A program made the translations under genes and the position numbers. A stretch of 53,407 bases of DNA, taken from positions 1 to 53,407 of the forward strand of contig JAXDLE010000011.1 in NCBI GenBank assembly GCA_034666725.1. Reading direction: 5' to 3'. This document shows, piece by piece, positions 1 to 8,304 of the stretch (position 1 is its first letter; each line of letters begins with the position of its first letter). The notes under the pieces are model-generated. The model was not told the origin of the DNA. It saw only the letters and a list, made by a program, of their open reading frames with translations, and searched no databases. The stretch comes from Chloroflexota bacterium (GTDB lineage Bacteria; Chloroflexota; Limnocylindria; Limnocylindrales; CSP1-4).

Positions 1-1
1 G

Positions 2-244
2 TTGGACCACGCCGATGATGTTGCGGTGGTTGGCGGGGTTCACGGCGACCATCGGCTCAACCTCGGCGTTGAGGTAGTTGACCGTTTCCCACTCGGGCGG
101 ACCGGCACCGATTGTGCAGCTGGCGAAGGGATTGCTGACCGTCGCGAGGACGCGCGGCGTGGCCGCGGCCACGGTCTGAGTCGCGAACACCATTGCCAGT
201 CCCGCGACCACCGTCGCGTGGCTGAGTCTCTTCAGCGATGCCAC
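2..244 (-). CDS. Exported protein, N-terminal fragment (BNR/sialidase-like); the gene runs off the window start
   Basis: Not in the ORF track because it has no stop inside the window. The minus-strand frame from GTG 244 reads MASLKRLSHATVVAGLAMVFATQTVAAATPRV...NAEVEPMVAVNPANHRNIIGVVQ. It has a basic n-region, a hydrophobic core and an Ala-rich cleavage region, which together form a signal peptide. The 'AEVEPxxAVNPxN' block recalls actinobacterial BNR/exo-sialidase-like proteins (recall only). Confidence 0.4.
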   Translation of the reverse strand, partial: MASLKRLSHATVVAGLAMVFATQTVAAATPRVLATVSNPFASCTIGAGPPEWETVNYLNAEVEPMVAVNPANHRNIIGVVQ

Positions 245-268
245 GTTGCCGACTATACGCTTGCCCAG

Positions 269-847
269 ATGCCCGAGATGAACACCTACGTGGTGCTGCT
301 GCGCGGGGTCAACGTCGGCGGCAAGAACGTCATCTCGATGGCCGCCCTGCGCACGGCGCTCGAGGCGCTCGGCTTCGAAAACGTCGCGTCGTACATCGCC
401 AGCGGCAACCTCATCCTGGACTCGACTAAATCCGCCGCGGCTACCCAGGCAGCGGTGGAGGGGCTGCTCGCCGACAAATTCAAGGTGAGCCGCGAGTCGG
501 CGCGGGCGCTGGTGCTGACGCAGCGCGACCTCGAAGCCGTCGTCAAGAAGCGGCCCAAGGGCTTCGGCGACGAGCCCGGCAAGTACCACAGCGACGCCGT
601 GTTCCTGATCGACGTCAAGGCGGCCGCCGCGATGAAGGTGTTCAGCCCGCGCGAGGGTGTCGACACGATCTGGCCGGGATCCCGCGTGGTCTATTCGCAG
701 CGCATCAGCGCGCAGCGGACGAAGAGCCGGCTCAACCGGATCGTAGGCACACCCGAGTACAAGCAGATGACAATTCGCAGCTGGAACACCACCGTGAAGC
801 TGTTGGAGCTCCTGAAGAGTCGGTCGGCCGCCGCGCGCAAACGTTGA
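269..847 (+). CDS. DUF1697 family protein
   Basis: ORF 2..847 trimmed to ATG 269 (or ATG 278). The N-terminus MNTYVVLLRGVNVGGKNVISMAALRTALEALGFENVASYIASGNLILDS matches the DUF1697 signature as I recall it. The upstream part of the ORF overlaps the divergent exported-protein gene. Confidence 0.75.
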   Translation: MPEMNTYVVLLRGVNVGGKNVISMAALRTALEALGFENVASYIASGNLILDSTKSAAATQAAVEGLLADKFKVSRESARALVLTQRDLEAVVKKRPKGFGDEPGKYHSDAVFLIDVKAAAAMKVFSPREGVDTIWPGSRVVYSQRISAQRTKSRLNRIVGTPEYKQMTIRSWNTTVKLLELLKSRSAAARKR

Positions 848-2103
848 CCAACGCCGCGTCGCCCGGCCCAAAGGCGCGGTGGAATCTCGCCACGGCCATC
901 ACGACGGCCGAGCTCATCACTCGAGCGGGCGATGCCGTCACGGACATCGCGTTGCCGTTGCTGGCGATCAGCGTCCTGGGCGCCGGTCCAGCAGAGATCG
1001 CGATCATCGGTGCCGCCCAGGCGCTGCCGGCGCTGTTGCTCAGCCTGCCCGCCGGGGCATGGGTCGACCGGCGTCGGCGCCGGGCGCCCATCGTCATCGC
1101 CGCCGACTTCGCGCGGTTCGTGTTGCTGGTCTCGATCCCGCTCGCGGCGATCACCGGCTACCTGTCGCTGCCGCTGGTCGTGCTCGTCGCATTCCTGGCG
1201 AGCTGCGCCGGGACGCTCTACGACGTGGGCTTCACCGGCTGGATCCCGCGTGTCCTTAAAGGTGATGTGCTGCACCGCGCCAACGCGCGCATGGAGCTCG
1301 CCCGATCGGCAGCGCTGATCACCGGCCCGGCAACGGGCGGACTGCTCGTGTCGCTCGCCGGCGCTGCCAACGCGCTCGCTGCCGACGCCCTGTCCTTCCT
1401 GGCATCGGGTGCCCTCTTGTTTGGCATGCGCAAGACCGAGCCCGATCAGGAGCAGACGCGCTCCCGCCCCAGGATGCTGGCCGATGTGACCGCAGGCTTC
1501 CGATTCGTCCTCGGTCAGCCCATCGTCCGCGCGATCATCGCCACCGCGTCGACGAACAACTTCTTCCGCAGCGTGGCGATGGCGGTCGCGTTCCTCTATC
1601 TGGTGAACGAGGCGGGCGTAACAGCGGCCGGCATAGGCGTGACCGTGGCCATCGGCAACCTGGGTTTCGTGCTTGGGGCGCTGGCGTCGCGCCCCCTCAG
1701 TCGCAGATTCGGGGTTGGCCGCGCGATGCAGATGGGCGTGGGGCTGTTCGGGCCGGCGTCGCTGGTGTTCGCGCTGGCGCCTCTGCCGCTCGCCGCGCCG
1801 GCGTTCACGCTGATGCTCTTCGCCCACGGCCTGGGTCAGGCGATTCACGGCCCCAACCAGGTCACGCTGCGCCAGGTCCTGGTGCCCGACAACCTGCGCT
1901 CGCGCGTCGGCGCCGTCTACCGCCTGACCATCTTCGGCGCGACCCCGCTCGGGATCATGCTCGGCGGGGTGATCGGCCAGCTGTACGGCCTGCACGCCGC
2001 GCTGCTGGTCGGTGCGCTGGGGCTGTTCCTGGGCTCCGCGCCCTACATCCTGTCGCGCGTCAGCCGCGTGCGGACACTCGAGGACGCTTCGTCAGCCCAA
2101 TAA
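844..2103 (+). CDS. MFS transporter (MFS_3 / enterobactin-exporter-like)
   Basis: 419 aa with about 12 hydrophobic helices. It has the 'PAGAWVDRRRRR' loop between TM2 and TM3 that is typical of MFS proteins. The TTG start overlaps the stop of the upstream gene (GTTGA). Confidence 0.8.
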   Translation: MTNAASPGPKARWNLATAITTAELITRAGDAVTDIALPLLAISVLGAGPAEIAIIGAAQALPALLLSLPAGAWVDRRRRRAPIVIAADFARFVLLVSIPLAAITGYLSLPLVVLVAFLASCAGTLYDVGFTGWIPRVLKGDVLHRANARMELARSAALITGPATGGLLVSLAGAANALAADALSFLASGALLFGMRKTEPDQEQTRSRPRMLADVTAGFRFVLGQPIVRAIIATASTNNFFRSVAMAVAFLYLVNEAGVTAAGIGVTVAIGNLGFVLGALASRPLSRRFGVGRAMQMGVGLFGPASLVFALAPLPLAAPAFTLMLFAHGLGQAIHGPNQVTLRQVLVPDNLRSRVGAVYRLTIFGATPLGIMLGGVIGQLYGLHAALLVGALGLFLGSAPYILSRVSRVRTLEDASSAQ

Positions 2104-2111
2104 GCGGGGGC

Positions 2112-2140
2112 TGGACGAACATCCGTTCGAATGGTATGAT
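2112..2140 (+). promoter_or_regulatory. Sigma70-type promoter candidate for the cold-shock gene
   Basis: TGGACG (2112-2117), a 17-nt spacer, then TATGAT (2135-2140) preceded by TGg (extended -10 like). This would give a ~95-nt 5' UTR, as is usual for csp genes. Confidence 0.45.
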
Positions 2141-2239
2141 TGGTGCTCGCCGCGAACCCCGCGGTGACGTCGTGTGATCGACCCCTTCTCGGACAGATCG
2201 TGCGTTTGATCTGTGTTCGAGAAGACGTTGGAGGTCACT

Positions 2240-2443
2240 TTGGCCACCGGAACCATCAAGAAGGTCGTCGCCGATCGCGGCTTCGGCTTCATCACTGCGG
2301 ATGACGCGAAGGAATACTTCTTTCACCGCAACTCACTCGACTCCTCGATCGACTTCGATCGCCTCAACGGCGGCGAGAAGGTCGAGTTCGAGATCGAGCA
2401 GAGCGACAAGGGGCCTCGCGCCAACCGGGTTCGCTCCGCCTAA
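2240..2443 (+). CDS. cspA: Cold-shock protein, CspA family
   Basis: ORF 2213..2443 trimmed to TTG 2240, which lies 5 nt after GGAGG (2230-2234). The product MATGTIKKVVADRGFGFITADDAKEYFFH carries the RNP1 motif (RGFGFI) and an RNP2-like motif (FFH). Confidence 0.9.
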   Translation: MATGTIKKVVADRGFGFITADDAKEYFFHRNSLDSSIDFDRLNGGEKVEFEIEQSDKGPRANRVRSA

Positions 2444-2462
2444 GCGCTAGTCGCTAAAGCGA

Positions 2463-2494
2463 AGACCGTCCGCAGCAATGCGGACGGTCTTTTT
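2463..2494. terminator. Rho-independent terminator between convergent genes
   Basis: Perfect 12-bp stem: agaccgtccgca (2463-2474) pairs with tgcggacggtct (2479-2490). The loop is gcaa and TTTT follows. It sits between the csp stop and the stop of the minus-strand oxidoreductase gene. Confidence 0.85.
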
Positions 2495-2502
2495 GATTCC
2501 GC

Positions 2503-3876
2503 TCAGCTTTCTGAAGCCAGCCTCTTGGCCGCCGTGGCGAACAGGCCGCCCAGCACGCGCACCGTCGTGGGGAACGGGTTGATCGTGTCGGCGAGGACAT
2601 GGAGTGGCGTCCGCGTCTTGACCGCGAGCACTGCCAGGCCAATGGCGTCGGGCGCACCTGGGGCCGCGATGAACGCCCCAAGGAGGCGCCGCTCGGCGCG
2701 ATCGACCACGATCGTCACGTGGCCACCGGCTTCAACGAGTTCGCCCGGCGCAGTCACTCCGTAGTCGACGGTCTCCTCGAACGCGTCATGACCCTGCTCG
2801 CGTGCCTGCTCCAGCTGTAGCCCCACGCCCGCCGTGGGTGGGTCGGTGTAGGTCGCGTGGGGGATGGCCGCGTAATCGGGCTTGACGTCATGGCCCAGCG
2901 CCAGTCGGCCGACCAGTTCGCCCTGGTAGACCGCGAGGTGGGTGTGCATCTCCGGCCCGCCGGCGTCGCCGGCTACGTAGACGTCGTCGGCAACGCGCAG
3001 GTGGTCATCGGGCTGGAGTCGGCCTTTGACGGGGCTCACACCGACCGATTCCAGGCCCAGCCCTTCGAAGGGAACGGTTCGGCCGACAGCCAGCAAGATC
3101 TGCTCGCCCTCAACTGACGAGCCGTCGCTCAGCTCGATCCTATGCTGCCCGTCTTTGCCCGCGTTTGGCGCAAGGCGTGTGGCGCGGACATTGGTGCGAA
3201 TGTCCACACCATCGCGGATCAGCGACTCTGCGATGGCGGCGGCGTTGCGCGGGTGGTCGGTGGGGTAGATGCGCTCGCGCGGCGCGAGGAGCGTCGTCCT
3301 GACGCCGTAGCGGGCGAAGACCTGGGCCATCTCGAGACCGGTTGGCCCGGGCCCGATGATGACGATGCTGCGCGGTAGCTGCCTGAGCGACGTTGCCTCG
3401 CGGTTCGTCCACGGTCTGATCTGATCGAGGCCCGCGATATCAGTGGGGGTGGTCGAGTTGCTCCCGACCGCGATCAGGATCGATCGACCCGTGACTGTCT
3501 GGCGCGTGCCATCGGCGGCCGTGACCTCCACGGCGCCGTGGCCGATGATGCGAGCGCTGCCGCGGATCGTGCTGGCGCCGGCCTCCTGCACCTCAGCCAC
3601 GCGGCGCGCATCGTCGGGGTAGTCGCGGTTCTCGCGGTTGATCTGGTAGTCGCGAAACGCCGCGGCCTTTGCCCAAGGGAAGTCACCGCCGCCCTTGTGG
3701 ATGGCCGCGGCATGGAGGAGCGCCTTCGACGGTATGCACGCCCAGTGGGCGCACGATCCGCCAAAGAGGTCGCGCTCGATGATCGCGACGCTGCCGCCCA
3801 GGCGCCGCGCCTCGTGGGTCGCCGCTTGGCCGGCTTCACCCGAGCCGATCACGATCAGGTCGAAGGGCTTGTCCAC
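2503..3876 (-). CDS. Class I pyridine nucleotide-disulfide oxidoreductase (Lpd/MerA/mycothione-reductase-like flavoprotein)
   Basis: ORF 2503..4155 trimmed to GTG 3876, giving MDKPFDLIVIGSGEAGQ (FAD GxGxxG). It has the redox CxxxxC motif 'GGSCAHWACIPSK', a second Rossmann motif 'IVIIGPGPTGLE' and a C-terminal dimerisation domain. The longer ORF would overlap the divergent rhodanese gene. Confidence 0.8.
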   Translation of the reverse strand: MDKPFDLIVIGSGEAGQAATHEARRLGGSVAIIERDLFGGSCAHWACIPSKALLHAAAIHKGGGDFPWAKAAAFRDYQINRENRDYPDDARRVAEVQEAGASTIRGSARIIGHGAVEVTAADGTRQTVTGRSILIAVGSNSTTPTDIAGLDQIRPWTNREATSLRQLPRSIVIIGPGPTGLEMAQVFARYGVRTTLLAPRERIYPTDHPRNAAAIAESLIRDGVDIRTNVRATRLAPNAGKDGQHRIELSDGSSVEGEQILLAVGRTVPFEGLGLESVGVSPVKGRLQPDDHLRVADDVYVAGDAGGPEMHTHLAVYQGELVGRLALGHDVKPDYAAIPHATYTDPPTAGVGLQLEQAREQGHDAFEETVDYGVTAPGELVEAGGHVTIVVDRAERRLLGAFIAAPGAPDAIGLAVLAVKTRTPLHVLADTINPFPTTVRVLGGLFATAAKRLASES

Positions 3877-3924
3877 GCCGCGCAGACTAGTTGCTGGCCC
3901 GATGATGGATGATGACGCCAGCAC

Positions 3925-4293
3925 ATGAGCGAGCCGCACAGATTTGCCGCGCTTGGGAGCGAGCCGATCCGCACTATCGGCCGCGACGAGCTGAAGAGCA
4001 AGCTCGATCGGGGCGACGACTTCAAGCTCGTCATGGCCCTCAACCGGTGGGCGTACGACGCCAAGCACATACCCGGCTCGCTCCACTTCGACAGCCCAGC
4101 GGAGCTCTATGCCGCCGTGCGACCGGACGACGAGGTGGTCGTCTACTGCTCGCATAACGACTGCCTCTCGAGCGTCGCGATGTACCGCGACCTCGTGAAA
4201 CGCGGCTACAGCAACGTCAGACGTTATTCCGGCGGGTTGCTCGAATGGGAGGACTCCGGCCTGCCTCTGGAAGGGAATTCGGTGGGCGAGTGA
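3925..4293 (+). CDS. Rhodanese-like domain protein (single-domain sulfurtransferase)
   Basis: 122 aa. It contains 'AKHIPGSLHF' and the active-site loop 'VVVYCSHNDCLSS', which are typical rhodanese-domain features. Confidence 0.8.
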   Translation: MSEPHRFAALGSEPIRTIGRDELKSKLDRGDDFKLVMALNRWAYDAKHIPGSLHFDSPAELYAAVRPDDEVVVYCSHNDCLSSVAMYRDLVKRGYSNVRRYSGGLLEWEDSGLPLEGNSVGE

Positions 4294-4787
4294 CGCACAC
4301 GTCCGATCGGTTGCCCGAGCTCCCGTCTGAACATCCCTATCGCGCCCAGATCGACTCCGAGCGGACGGGTTGGTACGAACTCGCGGGCCTGGTTCGGAAT
4401 CTCAGCCCAGAGGAGTCCGTCCTCCCCGGTTATTACAAGAATCCCGACTGGTCGGTGCGCGACGTCGTCGCCCACATCGGCACCTGGCTCGCTCAAGCGG
4501 AGGTCCAGCTCGAGCGCCTCCGTGCCGGGACCTACGAAGGGCACGACATCGACATCGACGCGCTCAACGACGAGATGCTCGACTTGATGAGCGACCAGCC
4601 GTGGAGCGTCGCCTGGGTTCAAGCCAACGCCGGTAGGACGCTGATGCTCCAGGACTTTTACGCGCTCAACAAGCCCGATGCGGAAGCCGCCTGGTGGGTC
4701 GAGAAGTCGGGCGGTGCCCATTACGCCGAGCACCTCCCGCGGCTGAGGGACTGGGTCGCCGAGCTGATCGCCCGCCGCGAGATCTAG
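4290..4787 (+). CDS. DinB-family / mycothiol-dependent-isomerase-like (DinB_2) protein
   Basis: ORF 4245..4787 trimmed to GTG 4290, which overlaps the rhodanese stop (GTGA). The 'WSVRDVVAHIGTW' His-containing helix and the C-terminal 'AHYAEHLPRLRDW' are typical of DinB-fold metal-binding triads. Confidence 0.6.
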   Translation: MTHTSDRLPELPSEHPYRAQIDSERTGWYELAGLVRNLSPEESVLPGYYKNPDWSVRDVVAHIGTWLAQAEVQLERLRAGTYEGHDIDIDALNDEMLDLMSDQPWSVAWVQANAGRTLMLQDFYALNKPDAEAAWWVEKSGGAHYAEHLPRLRDWVAELIARREI

Positions 4788-4813
4788 GATGCCGGCGTGG
4801 GCATTGGCCGATT

Positions 4814-6142
4814 TCAGTCCTCGGGGGCTGCCACCGCGAAGAGCCGCATGTCGCCAGGTATCCCCTTGAGGGTGTGCGTGCCTCGATCGACGAATCTGAT
4901 ACCTGATCCGGCCACCAGATCTCGGACTGTCTGGGAGACGAGGACTTCGTTCGGACTCGCCATTGAGGCGACGCGTGAGCCGATGGTCACGGCAATGCCC
5001 GTGATCTTGTCATCATGCGGTTCGCACTCTCCGACGTGGATGCCGACCCGCGCTTCGAGGCCCAGCGCGCGGACTCCGTCAGTGATGGCCCGCGCTGCAC
5101 CGATCGCCCGCGCCGGACCATCGAAGGTTGCGAAGAAGCCGTCGCCAGCTGTGTCTCGTTCGTGTCCGCGAAACCGACTGAGCTCTCGTCGGACAACGGC
5201 GTGGTGGCGGGAGAGCAGGTCGCGCCAGTTTCGATCGCCGATGCGGGCAGCGTGGTCAGTTGAGCCGACGATGTCAGTGAACATGACCGTGGCGAGGACG
5301 CTCTCCGGTACTGATGGGGCGTCTTCGCCGGCGACAAATCGCTCGATCTCGTCCGCGATGTCGTGTGAGAGAAAGGTCCCGTAATCGTCGTTGCCCGAAA
5401 CGCGCATCGTCTTGGCACGCGGAATACGCGACGCCACCTCCATCGTGCTTACCTCGCGCGGGGAGCGGTAGAGGAGCAGCGTCGGGACGCGCAGTGTCGG
5501 CAGCACATCGCGCAGGTCGGTTTCGTTTACCGCACGGTTGAGCGCATAAGCGACGGCGGGACTCGCCCCAACCCGCAGGTGGTCCGCGAACGAACGACGC
5601 TCGGCCTCGCTGGCAGCGAGAGACGGACAGATGTCCCAGAACAGTTCGTCACACCAAGCCTGGGTGCCCCAACCCTCTCGGAGACGTGCCAGTTCCTGCA
5701 AGTCGGCTTCCGATAATCCGTTTTGCAGCGCGGTGTGAAAGAGCACGAGCGCACGCGTTCGCTCTGGGTACGAAGCGGCGAACATGACGGCCATCCCGCT
5801 CCCCTCCTGCGCGCCGAATACCACTGGACGCGACGACCCTGCCGCATCTAGAACGGCGTGCAGGTCCTCCATGCGTGTCTCCAACGTTGCGAACTGGCCG
5901 CCGTGATCGGAGATGCCGGTTCCACGCTTATCGAACAGGATCAAGCGGAACGAGCGGGCCAGGCGGAGATAGAAATCGCGCAACGGCGGATACCCCCAGC
6001 CGTAGACGAGATTCGAGACCCAGTCCGGAACGTAGACAAGGTCGACATCCCCCTCGCCGACAACCTGGTAGGCAATCGCGACCCCACCGTTTCGCGCGTA
6101 CCGGATATCAGCCGTGCTCAAGCGCTGGGCATCCAACTCCAT
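4814..6142 (-). CDS. Alpha/beta-hydrolase fused to a class III adenylate/guanylate cyclase (LipJ/Rv1900c-like architecture)
   Basis: ORF trimmed to ATG 6142 (MELDAQRL), because the longer form overlaps the helicase gene. The N-terminal half is hydrolase-fold-like (FDKRGTGISD..., AQEGSGMAV in place of the nucleophile elbow). The C-terminal half, 'ATVMFTDIVGSTD...DTAGDGFFATFDGP...VGIHVGE', is a class III cyclase core. Confidence 0.8.
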   Translation of the reverse strand: MELDAQRLSTADIRYARNGGVAIAYQVVGEGDVDLVYVPDWVSNLVYGWGYPPLRDFYLRLARSFRLILFDKRGTGISDHGGQFATLETRMEDLHAVLDAAGSSRPVVFGAQEGSGMAVMFAASYPERTRALVLFHTALQNGLSEADLQELARLREGWGTQAWCDELFWDICPSLAASEAERRSFADHLRVGASPAVAYALNRAVNETDLRDVLPTLRVPTLLLYRSPREVSTMEVASRIPRAKTMRVSGNDDYGTFLSHDIADEIERFVAGEDAPSVPESVLATVMFTDIVGSTDHAARIGDRNWRDLLSRHHAVVRRELSRFRGHERDTAGDGFFATFDGPARAIGAARAITDGVRALGLEARVGIHVGECEPHDDKITGIAVTIGSRVASMASPNEVLVSQTVRDLVAGSGIRFVDRGTHTLKGIPGDMRLFAVAAPED

Positions 6143-6165
6143 CGCGACATTCTCCGCGGTCAGGA

Positions 6166-7581
6166 CTAGCCGCGGGTGAGGCGTTCTCCGGGGATGCTCA
6201 CCGGGCGGCCGATTGAGCCCTGGGAAGGCCGAGGGCCACCGTAGGCGGGCCGACTCTGACCGTAGGCAGGCCGACTCTGACCGTAGGCAGGCCGACCACC
6301 ACTTTGGGCTGGCCGACTCCCACCCTGGGGCCGGTCCGTTCGCTGGGGCTGCCACTCGCGCCGGGGTGCCGGGCGGAAAGCAGCTGGTCGGGACTGTTGG
6401 CCGGCGGGTCGGCTGCCGCGGTTCTGGATGGGCTGCGGGCGGATCGTTCGGTCGGGGGTGAAGCCCGGGATGATCTCCTGCTCAATGCGATGGCCGAGCA
6501 GGCGCTCGATCTCGCCGAGCATCGAATTCTCGTCGACGCAGACCAGCGAGATCGCGTCACCGTCGGTGCCTGCACGGCCGGTGCGCCCGATGCGATGCAC
6601 GTAGTCGGATGCCACCATGGGCAGCTCGTAGTTGACGACGTGGGGGAGGGCATCGATGTCCAGGCCGCGCGCCGCGATGTCTGTCGCGACGAGGATTGCC
6701 ACCTTGTTGCGCTTGAAGTCGGTCAGCGCGCGAACGCGCTGCGGCTGGCTCTTGTTGCCGTGGATGGCAACCGCGCTGATGCCGTCGAGGACCAGCTGCT
6801 GGACGAGCCGATCGGCGCCGTGCTTGGTGCGCGTGAAGACCAGCGCCTGGTAGATGCGACCGCTCTTGACGAGCTGCGACAGGAGCTCGCGCTTGCGGCT
6901 CTTGTCGACCGGCATCACGATCTGCTTGACGAGATCGGGCGCAGTGTTCTTGGGCGTGACCTGGACGTACGCCGGATCCTTCAGGAACTCCGCGGCAAGG
7001 CGGCGGATCTCCATCGAGAACGTGGCGCTGAACAGCAGGTTCTGGCGCGCAACTGGGAGCAGCGCGATGACCTTCTTGATGTCGTGGATGAAGCCCATGT
7101 CGAGCATCCGGTCGGCCTCGTCGAGCACCAGAACCTCGACCCGGGACAGGTCGATCGTGCGCTGGCCCACGTGGTCGAGCAGCCGGCCCGGCGTAGCGAC
7201 GACGATCTGCGGTCCCTGGCGCAGGTTGCGGACCTGCTGCTCAAAACCAACGCCGCCGTAGATGACGGCCGATTGGACCGGTCGCTGCTTGCCGTACGTG
7301 CGGACGCTTTCCTCCACCTGGAGGGCAAGCTCGCGCGTGGGGGTGAGGACGAGCACGCGGATAGGGCTCCGGCCCTCGCGCCTGCTCGCGTTCAGTTTTT
7401 GGAGGATGGGCAGCACGAACGCGGCCGTCTTGCCCGTACCCGTCTGGGCGCCGGCGAGCACGTCGCGGCCCGCGAGCACATGGGGGATTGCTTCGCTCTG
7501 TACGGGCGTGGGCTCTGTGTAGCCCTGCTGCGCCACGGCGCGAAGCAGCTCGGGCGTCAGCCCGACTTGATCGAAAGACAC
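6166..7581 (-). CDS. rhlE: DEAD-box ATP-dependent RNA helicase (RhlE-like) with an Arg/Pro/Gly-rich repeat tail
   Basis: GTG start 9 nt after AGGAG. Motifs present: Q motif (TPVQ), [15 protein letters not shown] and HRIGRTGR. The C-terminal ~90 aa are low-complexity. Confidence 0.9.
   Translation of the reverse strand: MSFDQVGLTPELLRAVAQQGYTEPTPVQSEAIPHVLAGRDVLAGAQTGTGKTAAFVLPILQKLNASRREGRSPIRVLVLTPTRELALQVEESVRTYGKQRPVQSAVIYGGVGFEQQVRNLRQGPQIVVATPGRLLDHVGQRTIDLSRVEVLVLDEADRMLDMGFIHDIKKVIALLPVARQNLLFSATFSMEIRRLAAEFLKDPAYVQVTPKNTAPDLVKQIVMPVDKSRKRELLSQLVKSGRIYQALVFTRTKHGADRLVQQLVLDGISAVAIHGNKSQPQRVRALTDFKRNKVAILVATDIAARGLDIDALPHVVNYELPMVASDYVHRIGRTGRAGTDGDAISLVCVDENSMLGEIERLLGHRIEQEIIPGFTPDRTIRPQPIQNRGSRPAGQQSRPAAFRPAPRREWQPQRTDRPQGGSRPAQSGGRPAYGQSRPAYGQSRPAYGGPRPSQGSIGRPVSIPGERLTRG
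6241..6296. repeat. 21-bp tandem repeat (about 2.7 copies) inside the helicase 3' end
   Basis: The units are gtaggcgggccgactctgacc, gtaggcaggccgactctgacc and gtaggcaggccgacc. On the minus strand they encode [21 protein letters not shown]. Confidence 0.9.
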
Positions 7582-7766
7582 GAGGAATAGCTCCTGACGA
7601 GGCCCTCCCGCTCTTGGCGGGGCCCGGTCAGGGCTTAATTAGTTGGTGGATCGAGTCGAACGGAACTTACCGGGGCGCAGACCGGAGCGCCCAACGAACA
7701 CGAGGTGAGCCCGAAGGATAGCAGACGACGAACAAATGTTCGAGTCGGCGGCACCCGCCGCTCAAC

Positions 7767-7982
7767 TCAGGCTTGCGGCTTGGGGCGCTCCGTTTCGACG
7801 TTGTCTGTGTCGACGTCGCTGACCGTCGCGCGCTCCTGCGGCGCCAGGCCGGGCACACCGCCGATGCCTTCGCTCAGGTCCGTGGGATCGGACCTGGCGG
7901 CCTTTTCCGCTGGGTCTGCGCGAGACGGATTCCGCGTGTCCGGGCCACTGGCGAGCGTCGCGTCGCTCTTGTCGTGGGTCAT
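7767..7982 (-). CDS. Small acidic, disordered hypothetical protein (71 aa)
   Basis: MTHDKSDATLASGPDTRNPSRADPAEKAARSDPTDL... Its ATG overlaps the stop of the upstream small ORF (ATGA at 7982-7979). Third-codon positions are strongly G/C, like real genes here. Confidence 0.45.
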   Translation of the reverse strand: MTHDKSDATLASGPDTRNPSRADPAEKAARSDPTDLSEGIGGVPGLAPQERATVSDVDTDNVETERPKPQA

Positions 7983-8167
7983 CGAACCGGCCCTGGCTTG
8001 ATCGTCTTTGCGGGGTGGTTCTTGGACCCGCCGCCCCACTGCGTGGCGCCGCCTGCGCCCGTCCCCAGGTTGTGGGATAGCCCTTGATCGGGCCGCCCGG
8101 TGTACGCGTCCTTGGGATGCTGGCTCTTGGCTGGGTTGTTCTTGTCTGGCGTCTCTCGTTTGCTCAT
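7979..8167 (-). CDS. Small basic, hydrophilic hypothetical protein (62 aa)
   Basis: Internal ATG 8167 of ORF 7979..8227 gives MSKRETPDKNNPAKSQHPKDAYTGRPDQGLSHNLGTGAGGATQWGGGSKNHPAKTIKPGPVR. By hand count, about 80 % of third positions are G/C. It is coupled to the downstream small ORF. Confidence 0.45.
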   Translation of the reverse strand: MSKRETPDKNNPAKSQHPKDAYTGRPDQGLSHNLGTGAGGATQWGGGSKNHPAKTIKPGPVR

Positions 8168-8304
8168 GCATACGAATATCGCGCGGCGGGCGCAACAGTC
8201 GTGACTCAGGGCGCCCCTGCCCAGCATTACGAGTGCGCGACTACTACCGCACCGGTCACGCGACGCCGACTCGCGAATAGCCAGGACGTTCCGTCCGAAG
8301 ATGA

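Noticed and set aside
691-1995. 434-aa minus-strand ORF antisense to the MFS transporter
   Set aside because: The translation is Arg/Gly/Glu/Asp-rich and low-complexity, with no motifs. It lies fully inside a gene with a clear transporter signature. It is a typical high-G+C shadow ORF.
4814-6142. Pycsar-type antiphage cyclase system
   Set aside because: None of the three cyclase genes has an adjacent small effector with a cyclic-nucleotide-binding domain. The architectures (hydrolase-cyclase, cyclase-STAND-TPR) match common actinobacterial signalling proteins.
6304-7590. 428-aa plus-strand ORF antisense to the DEAD-box helicase
   Set aside because: The opposite strand carries every helicase motif, and this frame gives low-complexity Leu/Asp/Arg/Ala sequence.
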